34,869 nucleotides of DNA from Polyangia bacterium (GTDB taxonomy: Bacteria > Myxococcota_A > Polyangia > Fen-1088): contig DATAZS010000008.1 of assembly GCA_036271915.1 (NCBI GenBank), positions 1 through 34,869 on the forward strand, in the 5' to 3' direction. A model generated the notes under the pieces. The model had not been told where the DNA came from and did no database searches. It saw only the letters and a list, made by a program, of their open reading frames with translations. Of the stretch, positions 18,100-25,092 are shown one piece after another. The position numbers and the translations under genes are program-made. The stretch's first letter is position 1. Each line of letters opens with the position of its first letter.

Positions 18100-20048
18100 C
18101 AGTCCTTTCCAGCCGCGTCGTCCGTCGGCGCGTCGCCCGTCGCGTCGCGCCGCACGCCGCGTCGCTCGTCGCCGCGAAGCGAGTTCAGCAGGGCGCGCGC
18201 GTCGTGGGCCGACAGCCGTCCCGTCGCGCCCGACGCGTCGTCGCCGCTGCGTCCGCGCTCGGGCGGCGCAGCACCCTCGCCGGGATTGGCGGGCGTCGCC
18301 GCGTCGCGCCCCCTCGAGTCCGTGGGCTTCGAGCCCTTGTGTTGGTCGTCGGCCTCGGCGCCGCTCGCGCCCTCGCGTTGCTTGTCGGCGCCGCCGCCCT
18401 TGTCGTCGGCCTTGGCGCCGCTCGCGCCCTTGCGTTGCTTGTCGGCGCCGCCGCCCTTGTCGTCGGCCTTGTCGCCGCTCGCGCCCTCGCGTTGCTCGTC
18501 GGCGCCGCCGCCCTTGTCGCTCTTCTTGTCGTCAGGCTTGGGCTCGGGCTTCGGCTGCTGCTCGAGCGCGGCGAGCCTTCGCTTCACGAGGTCGCGGTTG
18601 AACACCGCGTCTTGGTCCTTGGGGTCGAGCGCGATGGCGCCGTCGTAGTCTTCGATCGCCGCCTTCCATCGCGCGATCGTCTCCGCGCGCGCCTCCGGCT
18701 TCTGCGCCGCGCCGAGTCGATAGAGCGCGTCGCCGCGGTTGTAGAGCACGCGCTGCTGCAGGGCAGGGCCGGCTGCTCCGAGCGATCGCTCGAAGGCCGC
18801 GTCGGCCGCTTCGTAGTCGCCGGCCCGGTACGCGGCGTCGCCGGCGTTGAACGCGAGGCGCGCGTCCTTCGGGTGCTCCTTGCTCTCCGCCTCGAACTCC
18901 TTGGCGGCGTCGGCGAATCGGCCCGCCGCGTACGCCTTCGCCGCGCTCGCCACCGACGCGAGCGCCGGGGCCGCCGCCGTCATGACGAGCGCGGCGCCGG
19001 TCGCCGCCGCGAGCCGCTGCGTCGCGCGACGCGGCCTCGCCGTCGCCGCGCGCCATCGGCGGTCGAGGAGCGCGTCGAGCACGAGGAGGGCGAGCGCGAC
19101 CGCGAGCGGCACCTCGAAGAGCTCCGCGTAGACTCGCCGCGTCCGCGCGGAGGTCTCGGCGTGCGTCAGCTTCGCGAGCGAGTCGTCGTAGAGCCGATCG
19201 AGCCCCTTGCCGTCGGCGCCGAGCGGCCGGTACGCGCCGTGCGCGGCCAGCGCGATCGCCTCGAGGCCGGGCTCGTCGAGGCGCGAGCGGACCGGCGCGC
19301 CGGCCGCGTCGCGCACGACCCCGACGGTGTGCCCGTGCTCGTCGCGCGCGGGGACGAGCTCGCCGCCCCGCGTCCCGACGCCGACGGTCTCGATCGTGAT
19401 GCCCGCGGCGCCTGCGCGGCTGGCCTCGGCGAGGCCGCGCCCCTCGAGATCCTCGCCGTCGGTGAGCAGCACCATGATCCTCTGCGCGTCGCCGTCGCTC
19501 GTGAGCGCGCGCGCCGCGACGTCGATGGCGCGCCCGACGTCCGTGCCGCCCTTGGCGATCGTCTGCGTGTCGAGCGCGTCGACCGTCTCGAGCAGCGCCT
19601 GGTGATCCAGCGTCATCGGGCTCTGCGTGAACGCGTCGCCCGCGAACGCGACCAGGCCGATGCGGTCGCCGGGGAAGCGATCGACGAGGTCGCGGATCGC
19701 GAGCTTCGCCCGCTCGAGGCGCGAGGGCTTCACGTCGTCCGCGTCCATGCTCTTCGACGTGTCGACGACGAGGAGCAGGTCGGTGCCGCGCCGCTTCATC
19801 GTCTCCCATCGCAGGCCCCTCTGCGGGCGCGCGAGCGCGGTGAAGCCCGCCGCGATGGCGAGGGTCGCCACGACGACGCGCAGCGTGCGGCGTGCGCGCG
19901 ACGGCACCGCGGCGCCGGAGCGGAGGTGGGCCTCGCCGAGGAGCTCGAGCGCCCGCGCGCGCAGGCGCTCGCCGCGCCAGAGGACGAGGGCGAAGAGGGC
20001 AGCGACGATCGCGCCGATGACGAGCCAGTGGGGTTCAGCGAAGCGCAT
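18096..20048 (-). CDS. batB: BatB-like vWA plus TPR protein with a long low-complexity C-terminal tail (650 aa)
   Basis: Two N-terminal TM segments. The vWA MIDAS motif is VVDTSKSM. TPR-like repeats are present (AYAAGRFADAAKEFE, FNAGDAAYRAGDYEAA, YNRGDALYRLG). GGAG lies 6 nt upstream of ATG 20048. Confidence 0.85.
   Translation of the reverse strand: MRFAEPHWLVIGAIVAALFALVLWRGERLRARALELLGEAHLRSGAAVPSRARRTLRVVVATLAIAAGFTALARPQRGLRWETMKRRGTDLLLVVDTSKSMDADDVKPSRLERAKLAIRDLVDRFPGDRIGLVAFAGDAFTQSPMTLDHQALLETVDALDTQTIAKGGTDVGRAIDVAARALTSDGDAQRIMVLLTDGEDLEGRGLAEASRAGAAGITIETVGVGTRGGELVPARDEHGHTVGVVRDAAGAPVRSRLDEPGLEAIALAAHGAYRPLGADGKGLDRLYDDSLAKLTHAETSARTRRVYAELFEVPLAVALALLVLDALLDRRWRAATARPRRATQRLAAATGAALVMTAAAPALASVASAAKAYAAGRFADAAKEFEAESKEHPKDARLAFNAGDAAYRAGDYEAADAAFERSLGAAGPALQQRVLYNRGDALYRLGAAQKPEARAETIARWKAAIEDYDGAIALDPKDQDAVFNRDLVKRRLAALEQQPKPEPKPDDKKSDKGGGADEQREGASGDKADDKGGGADKQRKGASGAKADDKGGGADKQREGASGAEADDQHKGSKPTDSRGRDAATPANPGEGAAPPERGRSGDDASGATGRLSAHDARALLNSLRGDERRGVRRDATGDAPTDDAAGKDW
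18348..18518 (-). repeat. In-frame tandem repeat, 3 x 57 nt, inside the batB-like gene
   Basis: The units 18348-18404, 18405-18461 and 18462-18518 are near-identical. They encode DKGGGAD(E/K)QR(E/K)GASG(D/A)(K/E)AD three times. Confidence 0.9.
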
Positions 20049-20069
20049 GGTGGTCTCCGAAACGTGGAC

Positions 20070-21119
20070 TCAGGGCACGCGGCGAAAGCGCGTGGCCGAC
20101 AGGGTGAGGCCCGCGAGCGCGAGGCAGAGCCCCGCGACGGCGAACCAGGCGAAGCGCTCGTCGCGACGCGAGAAGCTCTTGATCGAGCGCGTCGTCTTCT
20201 CGAAGCGATCGATCTCGGCGTAGACGTCGGCCAGCGAGCGCGTGTCGGTGGCGCGGTAGAACTTGCCGCCGGTGACGTCGGCGACCTTCGTCATGCCGGC
20301 CTCGTCGACGTCGACCTTCGCCGCGACGAGCTGCTGGCGGCCCTGCGCGTCCGTGACGGGCATCATCGCCTCTCCGCTCGAGCCGACGCCGATCGCGTAG
20401 ATCTTCACCCCGAGCGCCTTGGCCGCCTCGGCCGCGACGGCTGGCTGGATCTTGCCCGCGTTGTTCTGGCCGTCGGTGAGGACGACGAGGATCTTCGACT
20501 TCGCGCCCTGCGCGTCGAGGCGGCGCGTCCCCGTCGCGATCGCGGAGCCGATCGCCGTGCCGTCGCTGAGCTGACTCGGGTCGAGCCGCGCGAGGTTCTG
20601 CAGCACCCAGTCGTGGTCCAGGGTGAGGGGGCTCGCGAGGAAGGGCTCGCCCGCGAAGGCGACGAGGCCGATGCGGTCGTTCGGTCGCGCGGCGATGAAC
20701 TGCCCGACGACTCGCTTGGCCGCGTCCAGGCGGCTGATCGGCTCGGCCGAGTCGGCGACCGCCATGTCGCGCGCCTGCATCGAGCCGCTGACGTCGACGG
20801 CGAGCATGACGTCGACCCCGGACGCGTCGACCTCCGCGTTGCGTCGCTCGATGCTCGGGCGCGCGAGGGCGACGACGAGGAGCGCCGCGCCGAGCCAACG
20901 GAGCGCGGGGACGAAGCGCCCCCAGCGCGTCCTGCGCTCGCCGGCGACCGCGCGCAGGAGCTCCACGCTCGAGTAGCCCACGGCGCTCGCGCGCCCGGGC
21001 CGCGCGAGCCACAGCGCGACCAGCGCGATCGGCAGGAGCAACCAGAGGACGTTCGGATGCCGAAACTCGACCCCTTCGAAAGAGGTCGCGCTCAGCAGGT
21101 AAGACACGAGCTTGTTCAT
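20070..21119 (-). CDS. batA: BatA-like vWA-domain membrane protein (349 aa)
   Basis: The start MNKLVSYLL at ATG 21119 shares 1 nt with the upstream stop (TGATG). There are N-terminal TM segments, the vWA MIDAS motif AVDVSGSM, LTDGQNNAG, and a C-terminal TM. The Arg-rich track extension to 21338 was rejected. Confidence 0.85.
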   Translation of the reverse strand: MNKLVSYLLSATSFEGVEFRHPNVLWLLLPIALVALWLARPGRASAVGYSSVELLRAVAGERRTRWGRFVPALRWLGAALLVVALARPSIERRNAEVDASGVDVMLAVDVSGSMQARDMAVADSAEPISRLDAAKRVVGQFIAARPNDRIGLVAFAGEPFLASPLTLDHDWVLQNLARLDPSQLSDGTAIGSAIATGTRRLDAQGAKSKILVVLTDGQNNAGKIQPAVAAEAAKALGVKIYAIGVGSSGEAMMPVTDAQGRQQLVAAKVDVDEAGMTKVADVTGGKFYRATDTRSLADVYAEIDRFEKTTRSIKSFSRRDERFAWFAVAGLCLALAGLTLSATRFRRVP

Positions 21120-21754
21120 CACGTCGTCACCGTGGGTCGCTGAGGGAGAGCCGCGCCCGCCGAGGGACGCTCGGGCGGCGCGTACAGCCGCTCGACGACG
21201 TCGCGCGCGCCGGCCGTGGCGCGCTCGAGCGCGTCGGCGTCGAGGCTCGCCCGCGCGAAGCGCGCGAGATCGCACGCCTCGAGGAGCGCGAGGATCCGAT
21301 CCGACTCGAGCTCGGCGTCGAGCGGCGGCTTGGTCCACGCGCCGTCGGCGAGCTCACGCAGGGTCTGCGGGAGGAGGTCGAGGCCGAGCCTCGCCGAGAG
21401 CGCGCCGCGCACGGTCTCCGCGACGATGTCCGCCCACGCGTGGACGCGCCCTGCGCGCGCGTGCGCCCTCGCCTCGTCGAGCGCGCGTCGCGCCCTCTCG
21501 ACGGGGCTGAGATCGCGCGCGCGCCTCGCGCGCACGGCGCGCACGACGAGCACCACCGCGAGCGCGGCGAGCGCCGCGACGCCGATCACGAGCGGCCAGC
21601 GCCACCAAGGCGCGATCGCGATCGGACCACGGATGTCGCGGATGTCGTCCGTCGCCGGCGCCAGCGGCGCAGCGAGCGCGACCGCTGACGCGAGCGTCGC
21701 GGCGAGGCCGCCGAGCGCCGCCGCCGTCCGCCGCCGTCGGTGCGCGGTGCTCAT
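21119..21754 (-). CDS. DUF4381-like single-pass membrane protein of Bat/MoxR operons (211 aa)
   Basis: ATG 21754 overlaps the DUF58 stop as ATGA. The motif DIRDIRGPI is followed by the TM segment WRWPLVIGVAALAALAVVLVV and a helical tail. Its position between the DUF58 and BatA genes is typical. Confidence 0.6.
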   Translation of the reverse strand: MSTAHRRRRTAAALGGLAATLASAVALAAPLAPATDDIRDIRGPIAIAPWWRWPLVIGVAALAALAVVLVVRAVRARRARDLSPVERARRALDEARAHARAGRVHAWADIVAETVRGALSARLGLDLLPQTLRELADGAWTKPPLDAELESDRILALLEACDLARFARASLDADALERATAGARDVVERLYAPPERPSAGAALPQRPTVTT

Positions 21755-22665
21755 GACCTGACCCCGCGCGCCTTGAAGAACCCGATCAGCGGGCCGAGGT
21801 AGGGCTTCCACGTGTCGACCTCGAGCAGGTCGACGCGCGCGCGGCGGATGAAGGAGCGGAGCCGCTCGTCGGTCTCGCGCACGGCCCGGGCGAGCGCAGC
21901 GCGCTGCCTGGGGTCGCCGGTGTCGACCTCCACGATCTCGCCCGACTCCACGTCCTCGAACGTCACGAGGCCGACCGACGGCAGCTCGCGGTCGTGTGGG
22001 TCGCCGGTTCGGATGCAGACGACGTCGTGCCTGCGCGCGAGCGTCGCGAGCTCACGCTGGGCCGCGTCCTTGGACCGCTCCGGCAGCAAGAAGTCGGAGA
22101 GGACGACCACGACGGCGCGGCGGCGTTGACGCCTTCGGATCGCGTCCAGCGCCTCGCGGAGGTTCGTGCCGCGTCCCGTGGGCTCGAACGCGACGAGCTC
22201 GCGCACGAGGCGCCGGACATGGGCGCGACCGCGCGCCGGCGGGACGAATTTCTCGACGCCGTCGCTGAAGATGACGAGGCCCACGCGGTGATCGCTGCGG
22301 AGCGCGGCCAGGGCGAGGACGCCCGCGATCTCGATCGCCTGCTCACGCTTCGTCGCGACGCCGGCGCCGAGCGCGCTCGACGCGCTCATGTCGACGACGA
22401 AGAGGACGGTGAGCTGCCGCTCCTCGCGGTAGCGCTTGACGAACGTGCGGCCGGTGCGCGCCGAGGCGTTCCACGCGATCGCGCGGACGTCGTCGCCGGG
22501 CTCGTACTCGCGGAGCTCGTCGAAATCCATGCCACGGCCGCGGAAGCGAGACTGGACGCCGCCGTGGAACGCGTCGGCCCCGAGGTGACGGCTGCAGATC
22601 TCGATCCGGCGGACGTTCGCGGTGATCCGATCGCCGACCGAGCCGTGCGCCGCGGCGGCGCTCAC
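21751..22665 (-). CDS. DUF58 (vWA-like) protein, MoxR partner (304 aa)
   Basis: GTG 22665 overlaps the MoxR stop as GTGA. The family block is GMDFDELREYEPGDDVRAIAWNASARTGRTFVKRYREE, followed by the MIDAS-like VVDMSASS. The 739-aa track ORF is an artefact: the frame stays open through the MoxR gene. Confidence 0.85.
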   Translation of the reverse strand: MSAAAAHGSVGDRITANVRRIEICSRHLGADAFHGGVQSRFRGRGMDFDELREYEPGDDVRAIAWNASARTGRTFVKRYREERQLTVLFVVDMSASSALGAGVATKREQAIEIAGVLALAALRSDHRVGLVIFSDGVEKFVPPARGRAHVRRLVRELVAFEPTGRGTNLREALDAIRRRQRRRAVVVVLSDFLLPERSKDAAQRELATLARRHDVVCIRTGDPHDRELPSVGLVTFEDVESGEIVEVDTGDPRQRAALARAVRETDERLRSFIRRARVDLLEVDTWKPYLGPLIGFFKARGVRS

Positions 22666-23717
22666 GGCGACACCACCTTGTCGAGGACGCGACGCACGAT
22701 CTCCTCGCCGTCGATGCCCTGCGCCTCGGCGTCGAAGCTCGGCGTGATGCGGTGGCGCAGGACGTCTGGAGCGAGCGCCTTGACGTCCTCGGGCACGACG
22801 TAGCCCCGGCCTTGCAGGAACGCCGCGCCGCGCGCCGCGAGCATCAGCGCGATGGTGCCGCGGGGCGAGGCGCCGGCGCGCACGAGCCCGGCCACGGGGA
22901 CGCCGTACCGCTCCGGCTCGCGCGTCGCGGCGACGAGGCGGACCGCGTAGTCCTTCACCGCGTCGTCGGCGTACACCTCGTCGACGACGCCCCGCGCGCG
23001 CACGATCGCGTCGAGGCTCACCACGGGCTCGACGTCGAGGCGGGGGCGGCTCACGGCCATGGCGTCGAGGATCGCGCGCTCCTCCGACAGGCTCGGGTAG
23101 CGGACGATCACCTTCATCATGAAGCGATCGACCTGCGCCTCGGGGAGCGGATAGGTCCCCTCTTGCTCGAGCGGGTTTTGCGTCGCGAGCACGAGGAACG
23201 GATCGGGCAGCGCGAAGGTCTGATCGCCGAGCGTGACCTGCCGCTCCTGCATCGCCTCGAGCAGCGCGCTCTGCACCTTCGCGGGAGCGCGGTTGATCTC
23301 GTCCGCGAGGATCAGGTTGTGGAAGATCGGCCCGTGCTTGACCTGAAAGGACGACGTCGGACCGTGGTAGATGGTGGTCCCCGTGATGTCCGACGGGAGC
23401 ATGTCGGGCGTGAACTGGATGCGCCCGAACGCGGCGCCGCGGAGGGCTCCAGCGAGGGTCTTCAGCGCGAGCGTCTTGGCGAGCCCGGGGACGCCCTCGA
23501 GCAGGATGTGCCCGCTCGTGAGGAGCCCGAGCAAGAGGCGGTCGACCAGCAGCCTTTGGCCGACGATGACCTTTCCGACCTCGCGGTGCAGAGGCGCGAC
23601 CCACGACGCCGCCTCCTCGATGCGGCGCTCGAGATCGCGGATCTCGCGCGCGATGATGGGACGTCCGGTGGGGAGCGCTCCGTTCTTGTCGATCGTATTC
23701 GGCGCTGACGTGACCAT
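22662..23717 (-). CDS. moxR: MoxR-family AAA+ ATPase (351 aa)
   Basis: Walker A is GVPGLAKT and Walker B is ILADEINRA, with overall MoxR-type blocks. I chose ATG 23717 because GGAG lies 8 nt upstream. GTG 23726 is an alternative start. Confidence 0.92.
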   Translation of the reverse strand: MVTSAPNTIDKNGALPTGRPIIAREIRDLERRIEEAASWVAPLHREVGKVIVGQRLLVDRLLLGLLTSGHILLEGVPGLAKTLALKTLAGALRGAAFGRIQFTPDMLPSDITGTTIYHGPTSSFQVKHGPIFHNLILADEINRAPAKVQSALLEAMQERQVTLGDQTFALPDPFLVLATQNPLEQEGTYPLPEAQVDRFMMKVIVRYPSLSEERAILDAMAVSRPRLDVEPVVSLDAIVRARGVVDEVYADDAVKDYAVRLVAATREPERYGVPVAGLVRAGASPRGTIALMLAARGAAFLQGRGYVVPEDVKALAPDVLRHRITPSFDAEAQGIDGEEIVRRVLDKVVSP

Positions 23718-23899
23718 GGTGCCCACTCCGTGTGGCCTCGGGTATCGAGTGACGACAGCGTGGGTGCCCCCGCGTTGCGACGACGTTGCGCGAACATGAC
23801 AACGATGAAAGGAGCGCGAGCTCGCCCGCGCGCGACGCGCACGTCTCGCCCGACGCGCTCCGCCGGGAATCGGCCACGGGCGCGGCGCGTTTCGCGTCG

Positions 23900-24991
23900 G
23901 TGCGCCGCGTCCTCGCCGCGGTCGGGCTGCTCGCGGCGGCGTGTGCGTCGCCGGCGCGCCCGGCGGTCACGTCGGTTCACGTCGATCCGCGGCCAGCCGC
24001 GCCGATGGACGCACCCCGCGTGGAAGATCTCGCGGTCGCCGACGACGCGCGGTTCTGGATCGCGATCGGCGGCCGCGCGCTCGAGACGTTCGACGGCGGC
24101 GAGACCTTCGTCGATCGCACGCCGTTTGCGCCGAGCGCGGAAGGGGAGCCGTCGTGGCGCATCTCGTCGATCGTCGCCCACGGCGCCGTCGTCGCGTTGC
24201 TGCGTGAGCCCGACGAGGAGGTCGTTCGGTCGATGTCGCTGTTCGCCTCGCGCGACGGCGGCGGCGCCTTCGTGGAGCGCAGCGTGCCGCTCCTCACGAG
24301 CAGCCGCGGCGCGACGCTCCAGCGCGGCCCCGCGGGATCGCTCCTCGTGCGGCGCTATGACGACGGGGGCATGAACAGCCACGAGAGCAGCCTCGTCGAG
24401 ACCCGCGACGACGGCACGACGTGGCGGGAGCTCGGCGCCGTGACGGGGTACGGCGCCGTGACGTTCCAAAGCGCCTCTCGGTGGTGGAGCGTCGGGACAT
24501 GCTGCGCGAGCGCGAGCTCGATCCACCGTTCGCTGGATGGGGGACGCACGTGGGCCGCGGTGAGCCGCGACGCCGACACGCGGGAGCCGCGCTCCGACGT
24601 CGTCTTCCTCGGCGCGCGCGACGCGCTCCGGTTCGTACAACCGACGGGGACAGGAGATGCCGCCGACCTCGTCCTCGAGCGCTCGCGCGACGGGGCGCGG
24701 AGTTTCGCGCGCGTCGCGAGCCCGGCGGGCGCGAGCGCCGTGCTCCTTGCGGAGGCGGGCGCCCTCGTGGTCGAGCGCGGCGACGGCGAGCTCTTCGCTT
24801 CGCTCGACCTCGGCGTCTCGTGGGATCGGCTCCCGCCGCTCGCGGATGACGGGGGCGCGCCCATCGTCCGACGCGCCCCGCACGGCTGGGTCGCGATCTG
24901 CCGCGACAAGGGGCGAGAGCGGGCGCTGGTCCTGTCGGACGGCGCCGCCGCGTGGCGGGCGCGCACCCTACCGGATTCGATGGAGCGGTGA
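23900..24991 (+). CDS. Asp-box (BNR) beta-propeller lipoprotein (363 aa)
   Basis: GTG 23900 gives the signal VRRVLAAVGLLAAACAS (lipobox). Repeated Asp-box-like motifs are TFDGGETF, SRDGGGAF, TRDDGTTW, SLDGGRTW, SRDGARSF and SLDLGVSW. The track ORF starts at 23786. Confidence 0.75.
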   Translation: MRRVLAAVGLLAAACASPARPAVTSVHVDPRPAAPMDAPRVEDLAVADDARFWIAIGGRALETFDGGETFVDRTPFAPSAEGEPSWRISSIVAHGAVVALLREPDEEVVRSMSLFASRDGGGAFVERSVPLLTSSRGATLQRGPAGSLLVRRYDDGGMNSHESSLVETRDDGTTWRELGAVTGYGAVTFQSASRWWSVGTCCASASSIHRSLDGGRTWAAVSRDADTREPRSDVVFLGARDALRFVQPTGTGDAADLVLERSRDGARSFARVASPAGASAVLLAEAGALVVERGDGELFASLDLGVSWDRLPPLADDGGAPIVRRAPHGWVAICRDKGRERALVLSDGAAAWRARTLPDSMER

Positions 24992-25092
24992 TCTCCTGTC
25001 GTCTCGCCGTGGCCCGCAGTCACGAATGTGTACGCCGGCGTGAGGCGAGCGGGGCCCCTCTCCGAACGATCGCCCGGCGCCCGCGCGGCGGC

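Noticed and set aside
18348-18518. Possible CRISPR array
   Set aside because: The units abut directly with no spacers, are in frame inside a coding sequence, and there are only three of them. No cas genes are present.
11961-21143. Chain of long plus-strand ORFs (11961-13889, 13720-15219, 15050-16666, 16663-18648, 18204-21143)
   Set aside because: All are antisense to motif-bearing minus-strand genes (ClC, HK, RR, BatD, BatB, BatA). Their products are Arg/Asp/Glu-rich strings without domains.
23727-23899. Promoter elements in the divergent MoxR / BNR-lipoprotein intergenic region, including a sigma-54-like GG...GC pair near 23760-23778
   Set aside because: The spacing does not fit TGGCAC-N5-TTGC, and I found no convincing -35/-10 pair. 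Promoters surely exist here, but I cannot place them.
22666-23970. N-terminal 435 aa of the 739-aa track ORF 21751-23970
   Set aside because: This part is an off-frame read-through of the MoxR gene. The DUF58 homology begins right after GTG 22665, which overlaps the MoxR stop.
24992-25092. Terminator between the convergent BNR-lipoprotein and 814-aa genes
   Set aside because: I found only imperfect, bulged pairings and a GGGGCCCC palindrome with no loop. No stem-loop can be supported.
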